Origin: Octopus sinensis
Lineage: Eukaryota
DNA: 64,000 nucleotides
NCBI RefSeq assembly: GCF_006345805.1
Contig: NC_043004.1
Location: 71,672,001-71,736,000 of the forward strand
Direction of reading: 5' to 3'
The position numbers were made by a program, and so were the translations under genes. The notes under the pieces are model-generated. The model was not told the DNA's origin. It searched no databases and was given only the letters and a program-made list of their open reading frames with translations. Of the stretch, positions 41,854 through 54,681 are shown piece by piece; positions within the stretch are counted from its first letter, which is position 1, and each line of letters begins with the position of its first letter.

Positions 41854-42659
41854 GCTGTTGTTGTTGTTGTTGCTGTTGTTGTTGTTGTTGTTATTGGTGG
41901 TGGTGTTGTTGTTGTTATATAACAGTTCAATCTTTGCTAGATTGAGGTAAATTTCTAGTGCAACACCTGCTACATCTCTGTGTTTCTGGCGTGTGTGCAG
42001 CCTTGTTTGTTCTTTTCTGCTCTTAGATGTGTGCAAACTCTACCCTGTACTGTATTGTGTTAGTTTTTCTGTCTAGAGTTGTGGTGCAGTGTGTTTTGTT
42101 GTGTTACTGTTTCTATTGTCTGTTGATTGTGTAGTGCATTGGTTTACTGGTGGAAGTTAATTTCACTAGATAAATGCTGTATAGAGTGTGTCTTGTATCT
42201 GTGGGTTGCCTGTTTCGGTTGTATTATTGGATTTATAGTGTATTTAGTAGGATGTGACATCTTCCTAGCTGGTCTATATTTTACACAGCGTGTATTGTTA
42301 AGAAAGCAGGTTTAGCTTCTACGGATTTTGTTCATATGTTTTTTCCTTTATCATGCTCAATGCTCCAATTGCTATTACCCAAGTTTAAGGTAGTGGTATT
42401 GATTTTAGACGTGTTTCTTTGTTGAACTGATGGATGGATTCGGATGAATCATCCAGAGATTTTTGACCTCAAAACTGCCACAAACTGATTAGAGATCGAT
42501 CTAGTACACGATAAGGATTCTGGATTATTTTTAGATTGTTTTTATTTAATGTTTGTGAGCGATTGGGTTCATTTTTGATATTCTCATTTGTGTGAGTAGT
42601 CGAGTTTATTTCAGATATTCTCATTTTCAAAATATTTTATTATCATTTCCGTATACAAT

Positions 42660-43200
42660 GAACATATTAGAGTGTCGGAAAAGAAAAGAATCCCAACAAA
42701 GCGCTACAAAAAGTAGCCTTAGCTGCCAAGACCCCTCATATTGGGTTACAACAAGTAATCTTAGATATCAAGAACCTTCCATAAATATCTTAACTGTCCC
42801 TAGTAACACTGTTTTCTGCATCTGTACGAAACTGGGTTTTACGACTATGCCCTCTATCCATTTGTTCAGATTTTCAGGAATAGCTCCCATAACTACTATA
42901 ACTACTGGGATACATTTTACCCGCTCTTTCCATAGTCTCTGTAATTCAATATCTTGGTCCAAGTACTTCGTTAAGTTTTCTATATCACTCATAATAAGCG
43001 TTTCATCATTTGGGACAGCAAAGACAATTATCTGACACTTTCTATTCTCTTTATCTAATACTACCAGATCAGGCCATCTCGCTTCCATTAATGTTGAAGT
43101 CCCGTAATTTGTACTTACCAATTGGTAGTACTTTACTAGGGTCGTATTCATACCACTGATTAGTTCGTTCAAATCCTAGCTTTCTACATAACTCCAAGCG
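42660..43200 (-). mobile_element. R4-like LINE REL-endonuclease 3' end
   Basis: EARWPDLVVLDKENRKCQIIVFAVPND...KYLDQDIELQRLW...IPVVIVVMGAIP...QKTVLLGTVKI. Confidence 0.8.
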
Positions 43201-43279
43201 ATTATCATCATTATTGTCATCGTCTTCCTCCTCATCATCATCGTCAGTAGTGGTACTAGTAGTGGCAGTAGTAGTAGTG

Positions 43280-43310
<31 letters not shown>

Positions 43311-43311
43311 T

Positions 43312-43396
<85 letters not shown>

Positions 43397-43449
43397 CTTA
43401 ATTTTATCATGGGTTTTCACTGCACTACTGAGTGCAGATGTGAGTGACT

Positions 43450-44240
43450 TGGGTATGTTCTGTGGGTTGTTGTGGTGCTCTTATTTTCATTGTATTGAAA
43501 GTGTTTTACGTCGGATGTGTGCGGTGCGTAGTAGCGCTAGTCGCTTTCTATTACATACTTGTAAGTCCTAGTGTTTTTGTTATGATTATATCTGAATATA
43601 TTTTATCATGACTGCCACACTTACTATAGTAGGAATTGTTTCTGCTTTTAGGCGCTCCACATTCGAGTTACCTTTATTTCCAGGCCCTTGTATTTTCCAG
43701 GCACATGTATTTCTTTTCATTATATGTTGTTGGTGATTTCGGGAAGGCTTTGATCATGTGCTGCAATTAAAAATCCTTCAGTCTGTTATGAGTCCTGAAT
43801 TTCTCAGCCATTGTTCGAATTTTGCTTTGTCTATTTCTTTTCCATTTAGTTTGACCCAGTATTTGATATGAAGTCCTATTCTTGACATCGTTTTATAACG
43901 ATCCATTGCTGTACTAGATTTAGTTCAAATTTCAGTTGTTTTACAGTTTTTGCGCTTTCTAATTTTTCTTCATAGGTGTTAGGTACTATGACATCTGTAT
44001 TTGTCATCTTCCTTAATGCCAGAAAACTATCTTTTGTTTTGGCCATATTTTGTGGCTATTTTATTTGTTTTCCATGCTTCTGAAGTAGGTATTTCTGTAG
44101 TCCTATGGTGGTTATTTTGTAACACTTTTCTAGCTGTCTAGGCCCTCTATTCACTAAGATTGTTTTATATACATGTCATGTTTTGGGCGGTTCATCCTAA
44201 TTGCCGTCATTATTTTTCTTGTTTTTATGAGTATTTTGAT
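43450..44240 (-). mobile_element. Decayed R4-like LINE fragment; its 3' end may continue at about 42100-42580
   Basis: EQWLRNSGL..TEGFLIAAHDQSLP motif; VIAIGALSMIK at about 42350-42390. Confidence 0.5.
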
Positions 44241-44276
44241 TAGTTCATTTACAGTTCAGTTATAATCGTTGTTGTA

Positions 44277-44346
<70 letters not shown>

Positions 44347-44358
44347 TATTATGTTATT

Positions 44359-45400
44359 GTCTTTGCTCAGCTTCAAACGCCGGAGATGTACCACAGTGTG
44401 GCTTTTTTCAGTGCAACAACTTAAGTATTAGAGCGATTGCAATTAGTGCTGCTTTCTTTAAGTACTCCACCCGTATTGCAGCCTTTATTTATTCCATGTA
44501 ATTCTCAAGATTTTTACTCACTTTCCCCAAGGCTTCGACAAGTATTGGTAATACTACCAGCCTTTTTAGCGACACAGCTGCTTACCCTCTCAAGTTAACC
44601 TATCATATCTATTGACTTTTCTTCCTTCCTTATCGTATACCTCGTCTGCGCATGATATATCTATGATCCAGCATCACTTGCATTATTTCTCAGTGTAAAC
44701 TATGTCTGGTTTCAAATTTTGTATCTCATGGTTGTACTGAATTATAAAATCCCACAGGATCATTGTATTATCATTTTCGATGAAGCCTTCGGGTTTATGT
44801 TCGTACCACATTTTTGCTCTGTCAAGTACATACATATTCCAAAGTGTCCTATGGGCAATCCTTGCTACGTTGTCAGGACGTCTGCGATATCCTTTCTGGA
44901 CTAATGGCGTACATTAAAAGGTAGTATGCCATACGGTTTCACCATTTTCTCCAGGCGTTCTGTTCTTATCACTTGCTGATGTGTTGCCTATTCTGTATTT
45001 TATTTAACTGATTCTTATTGGTTGCTGTTGGGCATCAGCACAGATTAGAGCCTCCGTATCCAATTTTAAATCAATTTTAGTCATAGATAGCCATCTTTTT
45101 TTCTCTGACTGTCTATCTTCAACATTCCAAAGAAATTGTCCATGCATTCTTTTCTTTATCCACCTATTTACAGTTTCATTCATTTTCAATTTCTGGTACA
45201 ATGCTTTATTTTAGCAATTATCCATTCCACACAAGTCTGACCTTCTTACTCCCAATAATCGCGATTCTGTGGCACGTTTTAGATAGCATGCTATGTTGCT
45301 TTCTTCTCTATTGCTTTGTTCGCATCCACTCAGTTCTCTTCCCCTCTTTTTATTGGTACATATAATCTACCTGTGTCACTTATTTTTGCGTCTATATTTG
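44359..45400 (-). mobile_element. R4/Dong-like LINE 3' part ending at (TAA)n
   Basis: WIKKRMHGQF...DLKLDTEALICA..QQPIR. The 3' UTR is homologous to 63184-63260 and abuts (ATT)n at 44274-44352. Confidence 0.75.
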
Positions 45401-46500
45401 TGTCAGATATTGTGTCTAATGGAGTTTGTACTGTTTGTCAAGTCCCAACAAGGATCTTTGCGCAACATGCGTACAGGTCCAAGTAATGCTGGCTTTGGCA
45501 ATACTAGGCTGTAGGGTTTGTTCAGATTGGTTGCAATACTCCGATGACAATAATGATAACATTTATGTTTGACTCACGAATCTTCGCGATTTCAATTCTC
45601 AGGTCTTCATGTATATCAACCTTTTCTCTTTCTTTCATGAGGATATGTACATCTCCTAGCACAACCGCTCTTTTTTTGTGAATCCTAAGTGTTACAATAT
45701 CCGATCTTCGGTGATCTAACACCTGTCTATCTGGAAGTCAAAGGCCCAGATAACTTTTGCCTTCCCCTTTTCGTCCATTACGTTTTCCGGTGTATGTTAG
45801 TGCCAAGCCAACGTAAACTCATTCCCATACTTACGGCATAGTAGCCAGAGGAGGTTTTGGGCTACCTTGTCATGTCTACGCTTGTTGTTTTCACAATCAC
45901 TAACAATGAGAATCACACTTTCGACCTTCTCACACTTTCTGCAGAGGTCCGTTGCATTTGTGTGGTATATATTGTTTTTCACTGATTTAGTATTCAACGC
46001 CTGGTCCTGGGTAGCGATGATTAGACATTCAACATTCTTTTTTAAGCCACCTCCATGATGCTTCCTTGTCTTTTAATTCGAACTGACCATGTAATTCCAT
46101 ATGGTGTAGGGTTTCTCCTCTCTTAATGGCTGCTTTTCATCGGAATTCATGAGCTCTCTCAAGTCCTTTTGTGTTCCACCGTTCTGCATTACCAGCATCC
46201 TGCAGGAGGTATTGTTTACTCTTTACCAAATACTCTGCCATGTTGCTTCTTTAACTGTTGATGCATTCCCATTATTATTATCTCCTCTTTAACACAGGTT
46301 TTGTGGGAGCACCTGGAGTCTTGCATGTGTAGCAGGCTTACTACCTGCAACCTACGATACGATGCTATTCGTGCTTTTTAGCTTATTATTCTTGATTATT
46401 CTGGACGTGCCAAGGAAGTAACTCTTTTGTTACAGTTCTACGAGGCAGAATCGTCCAATTTCATTTATATTACTCTTGATGCCTTCCGATACTGTTCCTA
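45400..46500 (-). mobile_element. Second R4-like LINE 3' part, head-to-tail with the previous one
   Basis: LHGQF..WRWLKKNVECLIIATQDQALNTKSVK..LCRKCEK..RRHDKVA..LLWLLCRKY; HRRSDIV; KPALLGPVRMLRK. The 5' side abuts (TCT)n/(ATT)n. Confidence 0.75.
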
Positions 46501-46552
46501 ATTATTACTATCATTATTGTAGCTATTCTTCTTCTTCTTCTTCTTCTTCTTC

Positions 46553-46587
<35 letters not shown>

Positions 46588-46699
46588 ATTATTATTATTA
46601 TTATTACCGGTAAGTCTTTTCAGAATATTTAGAAAATAATAGTATTGATATTTAATATTTATCAATATTTAATCATATTCTGTGCATACAATATTTAAA

Positions 46700-47868
46700 T
46701 GTGTTTAATAACAAAATGACAATTAATTAATCAATAATGTATTCACCCTTGTTGCTTACAACTTCTTCCCAACGTTCAACAAGATTTTCAATACCCAGTT
46801 GGTATTTTTCGACTCGAAAAATTGATCCAATCAGGCTCTCAATTCTGCATCAGTTTTGAACGAAACTCCGCGCATAACATTTGAAAGAGACCGAAAGAGG
46901 TGGAAATCTGTTGGTGCCAAATCAGGAGAGTACAGAAGGTGTGGCAGCACTTCCCAGCAATGCGTTTGAATGACCTCCTTAGTCGTATTGAGAATGAGAA
47001 GGCGGGGGTTGTCGTGCAGCAGAAGAACTCCATGCTGCGATTAGGCCTTTTCTCTAGAATAGCCATGTTATGTCGTTCCATCTGTTGAACATAGAGTTCC
47101 GCGTTGACCGTTTGGTTCCGTTCAAGCAATTCGTTATGGAAAATGCCTTCCCAGTTCCACCATACGCACAACATCGTTTTACACGGATGAAGATCTTGTT
47201 TCACTCGGGGTGTCGATTCATATTCTTGTACAGGCACCATTTTTTGTCGCCAGTAACGATTCGCTAAAGAAATCGTTGCTTGCGTCCATGAGTTGAGCGG
47301 TGACGATCAAGCAAACCAGCGGAGATTCTGGCTAGTTGAATTTTGTTGTTATCACTTAAAGCATGCGAAATCTATGCTCCATACTTCTGAACCTTTCCCA
47401 TAGAGTGAAGATGCTTCTCTATAGCAGCGTGAGAACATTCGATTTTCTCTGCCAGCTCCCTTGTCGTTTGACGAGAATTTTCGTGCAAAAGGTGGTTTAA
47501 TCACTCTTCATCGAACTCAACTGTACGGCCGGAACGAGGTGCGTCGTTGAGGTCACAATTTCTATTTTTGAACTTGGAATACCAATCACAAGCAGTTCTT
47601 TCAGCTATGGCACCCTCTCCATACACAGCACACATGTCGCGAGCAGCTTTTGCGGCCTTAGAACTTTCATTAAAAGCAAAATGTAGGAGGTGTCAAAAAT
47701 ACTCGTATTTTTTACTTGGCATTCCATCTTAATGAAGTGAAAATAAACAAAATTAACTAAAATTAACGAGAAAGAAATAGATTCCTAAATAATTCAAAAA
47801 TAGAATTCTCAAAGAAGATAGATTCCAAAATTTAAAAAGGCGGCTGGAACTTAGTTGCCAACCCAATG
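46700..47868 (-). mobile_element. Near-complete decayed mariner (DD34D-type) transposon
   Basis: AARDMCAVYGEGAIAERTACDWYSKFK...APRSGR; LHPCKTMLCVWWNWEGI..ELLERNQTVNAELY; SPDLAPTDFHLFRS. A 5' TIR-like ttgggttggcaactaagttcc lies at about 47846-47866. Confidence 0.85.
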
Positions 47869-47884
47869 TATGTGTACATATATA

Positions 47885-48145
47885 AAAATTAGACGCATGT
47901 GTACGAACAGCCATGCTACATGGCAGTGAAACATGGGCCGTGATTGCTGAGAATATGCGTAAGCTTGCAAGGAATGAAGCCAGTATGCTCAGCTGGCTGT
48001 GTAATATCAATGTGCATACTCCACAGAGTGTAAGTGCCTTGGAAGAAAAGTTGGGCCTAAGCAGCATCAGATGTGATGTCAAACCATCCAAGCCATGCCA
48101 GCATGGAAAGCGGACGTTGAACGATGATAATGATAATGATGATAT
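47885..48145 (+). mobile_element. RTE LINE 3' fragment with (GAT)n-like tail
   Basis: [33 protein letters not shown], followed by ccatgccagcatggaaagcggacgttgaacgatgataatgat. Confidence 0.75.
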
Positions 48146-48161
48146 ATGTTTATTAATATAA

Positions 48162-48273
<112 letters not shown>

Positions 48274-48351
48274 ATATATATGGCATTCGATATGAAAGAT
48301 CGCTAGCCACTAACATTATGAAAATTATCTCTCCCTGTTTATTTCTATGTT

Positions 48352-48398
48352 CCTTTCTGTCGAAGAGCTTAAGCTCGAAACGTTAAACAAATTCTCAA
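48352..48398 (+). ncRNA. Minimal hammerhead-like motif with variant core CUGUCGA (family C)
   Basis: cttt-CUGUCGA-a-GAGC-uuaa-GCUC-GAAA-C-GUU-aaa. Confidence 0.45.
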
Positions 48399-48493
48399 TT
48401 CCCGAGCGTTCAACTAATACATCTGTTTGTTGTTTACACACTCGTCTTCGTCTTTTGTTTTTTTTAATAAATTCTCTGTCTCTCTGTCTCTCG

Positions 48494-48526
<33 letters not shown>

Positions 48527-48682
48527 GCAAGATTTCTTTTGTGAAGTCGTGTGTTGAAACAGATATTGTTATATTTCGGAGTGGTCATTTTGACACTTTA
48601 GCCAATAAAACCACCCACTATATATTTGGTCTTATTTTGCCTTAGTGTTATTTATTTTTTACGTTAATCTTAATCTTATTTC

Positions 48683-48727
48683 GGCCAGAGTTCTTTCGTC
48701 ACACTCCTGTGACCGCATCAGTGGTCC
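48683..48727 (-). ncRNA. Hammerhead-like motif with variant core CUGAUGCG (family F)
   Basis: Reverse complement gg(a)cca-CUGAUGC-g-GUCAC-aggagu-GUGAC-GAAA-G-aa-CUC-uggcc. All three stems are present. Confidence 0.45.
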
Positions 48728-48978
48728 TTTGTTTTCTTCTTTCTTATTTGTGTCTCTCCTTACTAACCGTCAGTCATTTTGTATTTCTATGGTATGTCTT
48801 CATTTGCGCATGCCTATATCTCTATGTGCGTCTATGTTTATTTAGTGTGGGGGGATGCCTGTAATATTTGTATCTTCTGTTTATATACGTTCATGTAATT
48901 TGTTTTTGTTGTTGTTTTAGTTTATTCTTATTTTGTTCATGTGTTTACATCCACTTATTATTTATTATAACAATATAT

Positions 48979-49021
<43 letters not shown>

Positions 49022-49037
49022 AAACACTATCAAAAGT

Positions 49038-49346
49038 GGAGGTGCAATGGACCCGTGGTTAGGGCAGCGGATTTGCGGTTGTAGGATTGCGATTTCGACT
49101 CCCAGACCGTTGTGAGAGTTAATTGAGCGAAAACACCTAAAGCTCCACGATGCTCTGGCCGTTGGGTGGTGGCGATCCCTGCTGTACTCTTTCTCCTCAA
49201 ATTTCTCTCACTCTTTCTTCTGTTGGCTTGCTCGCTTAGCCAGCGGGGTGGCGTCATTTTAAGGCTAAAACAATGCGAAGCGCATTGTGACCAGCGATGT
49301 GTAGCAACATCTGATAGCCTGGACGGTCACGGTGATCACGGTGATA
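49038..49346 (+). mobile_element. Near full-length tRNA-derived SINE
   Basis: Head ggaggtgcaatggacccgtggttagggcagcgg...gatttcgactcccagacc with A/B-box-like motifs; tail tcacggtgatcacggtga. Confidence 0.75.
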
Positions 49347-49379
49347 TACTAGATAAAACGTCTCCCTATCTGGCGGCTT

Positions 49380-50150
49380 CTCAGCTAACTCCTGTCGAGG
49401 GTGCTTCATTGTGACTTGGGTTCATCAGTAACATTTCATGCATTGAGTACGTATTAAATTCTATTAAACTTGACCAATATTTTTTGAAGCAATGAAAATT
49501 TTCATCAAAACAATGACATAATGTGTCGACTGTAACATATTGCAAAGCTGCGTGATAAACAACAATGTCGGGGTTCAGCACGATTTCTTTTATATCTAAA
49601 CTCTCTCTTTCTTTATCTCTCTCTCTCTCTTTTTCTCTATCTCTCTCTTTCTCGCTATCTCTCTCTCTCTCTTTCTATGCTGATTGCTTTCAACCACTAT
49701 ACATGTATAGGTTTGTTGAGCAATACACAAAATAGTGGAGATAAGAATTTGTTATCGTTATGTGACTGGAGGGGATTTTGTCGTGTGTCATATATATATA
49801 TAATATATAGTAGAAGGTTGATCGCCAAAATTGAATTTCATTTAAATGTTGTTGTGTAGCCGCAGATTGGCCTTGAGAAGAATTCATGTAAAATGCGTTG
49901 CCACCGAGACTGTCCTGTTTAATTTCATGTTTCAAGAATGTTTATGAAAATTACGAATCCAGAGTGAATGTCGAAAACATACAGAAATTCGCCAAGTCAA
50001 CGCTGATGCCACCATTACGAGTTTTGTAATATAAATGCCAATATTAACTCCAAAAACAAATATCGTTCAATAAGATTTTTATTTGTGCAAAAGAATACAT
50101 TTCAATGGATCAGAAAACGCTATAGAATATTCAAGATATTGAAATAAGCC
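49380..50150 (-). mobile_element. Possible very old piggyBac transposase remnant
   Basis: PDIVVYH...VDTL...FKKYW resembles piggyBac KP.IV..YN..K.GVD..D...RW. FGV..W appears upstream. Confidence 0.3.
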
Positions 50151-52132
50151 TCAACAAGTCGGTTAGATGAAAACATAATTTTAAAGAGTTTTTATAAAAT
50201 GCCTTTAACACATCAGAGAATTCACTTAAGTTCGCAAATATTTAAAACATATATACTTCAACCTGTAATAGAAAAATAAACTTAAAACAAATAAAGTGCA
50301 TCTGCGCATGCACGCGTATATTGAAAAATATACAACCATGAAATAGTAGATGAGAATTAAAAAAATACAGCCAGCATGTAAGAAATGCTGGCGCTATTGA
50401 AGTTAGTAATGTTACGACGTCGAAATAATAAGCGTTTAAATAGAGAATGTAAAACAGAGAGTGTGAATTACCATGGAAATAGAGCTTCATTTATAATTTC
50501 TGTATTTATTATAATATTGAAAGCTAAATGAGATTCGAATGCAGATAAGGAACAAAAAGATCACTGTCATAAGGTGTGTATTTTGTTTAGCAAGTCAAAT
50601 GTAATTACGGTATATAAGAGTGCGAGGTATCGAAAGGTGTTCTTAATGTTCTTATGGATGACCAAAAAAAAATTAAACAATTATCAAACAAATAAGGCGA
50701 TGACATGGCAGCGACCAAATACTTCGTTGCATTTCGTAAGTTTATACGTTCTAAATCTGCTGAGGTCCACCTTGCCTTTCATCATTTCGCGATCGATTAC
50801 TTAAGTATCAGTCGATATAATCGATTTAATACCTTCCCCCAAATTGCTGAACTTGCGCCGAAATTTGAAACTATGCAAATGAGAGGAATAAAGTTTTAAA
50901 ATGGTGGAATAATATAGTCACCAATAGTAAGAATTGACATATGGGATAATTCTTAGAAGTAGGGGTTTTTGTGAAGTGCAGTACGTGAGGTGGTCACTGA
51001 ACGCCTTGACTTTATACATCACCTACTGTCAAGAGAAATGGAATCTATAGAACTAACAAGTGCTAATAGAATTCTAAAGTCGATTTAAATAGCTCTTCCA
51101 TCTCACTAAATTATTATCTTTATATATAGATATTTTACCATTTATGAAAATATTTCGTCTCAGAACCAGTAAAGTAGTGCCAAATATGGTGTAGAATACG
51201 TGCAACAAAAGGGGCATGAAAAACAAAAGCAAGAAAAACAACTTTGGGAGAGCAGATATCGAAGTCTGCCAGTGAATGCCCGGATTCATTTATGTGTTTG
51301 ATATCCAATGTTCCAAAAAGTAATGTAAGTGATATATTCCAGAAACTTCGTGACTTTGTTTTAAGGGAGATAGTTATAACTGCTAAGATTATTGTTAATT
51401 AATTATAGTAATACAAGGGATCTGACAAGCGGTCCCGCCAATTTTATTTATTTATATTCCAAACTTAGGATGTAGCAGGAATTTGAAAGCACCCTAATAC
51501 ACACTATTTCAAACAGCTGAGTAGCTAGTAGGATGTAAATTCTCCGTGAAATTGAGTAAAAACGCTTCGAATTGTTTATGGATTATATCGTGTAAGTATA
51601 TGGTTGCGGCAAAAGGGTCAAGGACGGTAGAAGAGATGTGAAAGGCGATGAGAGGTGTGGGAGGAGATGGATGAAAACCGTTGTATGCCTAAGCATACAG
51701 GTTGGAATTGGTGGGATAACTGTCGTAGACGTTTGAGTGAAGATCTCCCAGGAGCAAATTTATACAAAGATTATTCCCAGAGTGTTCAGGAGCAAAGAAA
51801 AGGAATGAAGCTTTTTTGGCACCTGGGAGATGGTTTTGGTCATTATATCCAATCCAAGAGAATCTGACCATTAGGAAAGCTGGAATTACTTTAAGAGTGC
51901 AATGACCAAAGGACATCAAAACAACGGGAGCTTCCGGTTTAGAGATGTAAATTGAAAGTGGCTGTGACAAGGGCTCTAGATACTTGAGCATTAGAGGACC
52001 CATAGGATCTCCACGAAATAGCTTCATCGCCATAAGTGCATTGAAATCAGGGGCTATAACAGTGAAGGGGCTTAGAAATTTCGTTGAAATAAATGTCTCA
52101 GCTGAAAAAGTTTAAAATTTCAGGAATGGAAA

Positions 52133-52217
<85 letters not shown>

Positions 52218-52259
52218 CGTGTGTGTGTGTCTTCGTGTGATACATACACACACAAAAAT

Positions 52260-52318
<59 letters not shown>

Positions 52319-52343
52319 GTATATATGTACGTACGGATATATA

Positions 52344-52478
52344 GGCGCAGGAGTTGGTGTGTGGTAAGTGGCTGGTTTACCTTCCACATCGTTCCGGCAA
52401 GTATCTTCTACCGTAGCCTCAGGCGGACCAAATCCTTGAGACCGGATTCGGGAGACGAAAACTGAAAGAACCCCCGTC

Positions 52479-52556
<78 letters not shown>

Positions 52557-52823
52557 GAGTATATATGTATGTGTTTGTGTGTGTCTGTGTGTCTGTGTCT
52601 CTGTGTGTTTGTGTGTTTGTGTGTGCGTGTTTGTGAATGTTTTTGTGTCCGTTTTGTACTCCCAATCACCTAATTCCTACTTCTCGCAACTTAGCTGTTC
52701 GACACAAGACAGCGATAGAATACGTACTAGGCTTACATAGAATTGTCCTGGGATCGATTTGCTCATCAAACGTTAGTGCTCCACATGGCCATAGTCAAAT
52801 TACTGAAACAAAATATAGATAAA
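52344..52823 (+). mobile_element. Microsatellite-containing tRNA-derived SINE
   Basis: ggcgcaggagttggtgtgtggtaag head, gaaaactgaaagaac..cgtcg(TA)n(TG)n core, catggcc..agtcaaat.actgaaacaa tail. Confidence 0.75.
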
Positions 52824-52854
52824 TATATAAATATATATATATATATTCTTTTAT

Positions 52855-53062
52855 TCTTTTATTGTTTTATTTGTTTTAGTCATTTGACTGTGGCCATGCC
52901 AGGAGCACCGCATTTAGTCTAGCAAATCGACCCCAGGACTTATTCTTTGTAAGCCTAGTACTTATTCAATCAGTCTCTTTGGCGAACCGTTAAGTAAACA
53001 CGCCAGCTTCGGTTGTCAAACGATGGTGGGGGTCAAACGCAGACACACAAACATATATACAC

Positions 53063-53108
<46 letters not shown>

Positions 53109-53252
53109 GACGGGCTTCTTTCAGTTTCGGTCTACTAAATCCACTCTCACGGCCTTGGTCGGCCCAAGGATATTGTAGAATAATCTTGCCTATGGTACTC
53201 GGAACCATGTGGTTGGTAAGCAAGCTACTACCACACAGCCACGCCTGCGCCT
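52855..53252 (-). mobile_element. Same SINE family, tail-to-tail with 52344-52823
   Basis: The reverse complement has the same head, core and tail blocks. Confidence 0.8.
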
Positions 53253-53547
53253 ATAGCTAGTTACCATACAGCCACAGCCTATATATATATATGTGTATAT
53301 ATATATAAAAAGATATATATATATATATAGGGAGAGAAAGAGAAAGAAAGAGAGAGAGAGAGACAGAAATAGAGAGAGAGAGAGAGAGGTCATGCGAGGT
53401 AATGGTGTCTATAAGATACAAATGTGTCAGCTAATGCTGAATAATTACTATGGATAGCCCATAGTTAAGCTCCAGGTTCTGTGATTACGCGAATAAGGAG
53501 TCCAACGTAGGTCATATATCAGTATGTGTATATATAAAAAATGTTTC

Positions 53548-53957
53548 TTTCAGAATGAGATAAAAAGACCAAGGCTGTGAAGATCTTAGAACATTTATAA
53601 ATAGGTCTTACAGCTATTTCCAGGATATTTATTATATCCCTTCATACTACTGGAATTTACAATGACCAAATTTAAATACTATTGGAATTTACTCACAAGG
53701 TATTCGAATCCTATATGTATACGATTCTGATTAAATAATGGATCTACAAATGGAATATCCCTGCATATCAAACATCCATTTTCATTCCTCCATTTCACTC
53801 TCTATTTCGTATTTTATCTAAATTATCTATTGCTTAACTATTCTCTCACGCCGTCTCCGATGAAGGGATATAATAAATATCCTGGCAACATCTGTAAGTC
53901 ATATTCATAAATGTCTTAAAATCTTCACAGCCTTGGTTTCTTTATCTCATTCTGAAA
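53548..53957. repeat. Inverted about 98-bp arms (53548-53645 / 53860-53957), each carrying part of a family-B hammerhead
   Basis: The right arm has gtct-CCGAUGA-agggatat/atatcctg-gcaac-atct-gta-agtc. The left arm (reverse complement) has atga-agggatat/atatcctg-GAAAU-AGCU-GUA-agac. Confidence 0.8.
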
Positions 53958-54104
53958 AAAATCATATATATATGTGTGTGTGTGTATGTATGTAGGTATG
54001 TATATATGCATGAATATATACATTCATATACGTAAGTTGTATTAATGTCCAAACGTCAGGAATAAGACGCACACCTATATTTATAAATAGAGTGAGTAAA
54101 TTAT

Positions 54105-54250
54105 CCGAAGTGTAGGTGTGGTTGCGTTGCAAGAAGCATGCTTCCAAAACACATGGCATGAAGTTCTGTCCCACTCGTCCTTGGGCAACTAATCTGACCA
54201 ACTAAATTATTATGAGTGGGATTGGTAGACGGAAACGGAATAGAACCCGT

Positions 54251-54335
<85 letters not shown>

Positions 54336-54640
54336 GTGTGTGTGAGTTTGTGTTTGTGCATATATATGTCTGATTTGTCCCCTCACTACCATCGCTTGAT
54401 AACCGATGTTGGTGTTATACTTTGATACTTTGATAGGTTTCGGCCATTATTGGCCCAGGCCATGTCTAACTTAATAGCACCACCTGGTGTGTTTACATCC
54501 CCGAAAATTAAACAATTCCATACGTGACAGGATTATAACAATGTAATTACATTTGTCGAAAAATCGATATAAAATTATACTAGGCAGTGCAGCAACATGG
54601 CTGCAGTTTAATTGTTAAATGAAGTAAAAGAAAATACAAT
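54105..54640 (+). mobile_element. Decayed microsatellite-containing SINE (same family as 52344)
   Basis: ttggtagacggaaacggaatagaacccgtc(TA)n(TG)n...catcgcttgataaccgatgttggtgt; tail aacatggctgcagt. Confidence 0.65.
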
Positions 54641-54641
54641 A

Positions 54642-54679
<38 letters not shown>

Positions 54680-54681
<2 letters not shown>

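Noticed and set aside
51600-52090. ORF with GDPMGPLML resembling a CRE-type RT motif
   Set aside because: No YxDD or other RT motif follows; one short match is insufficient.
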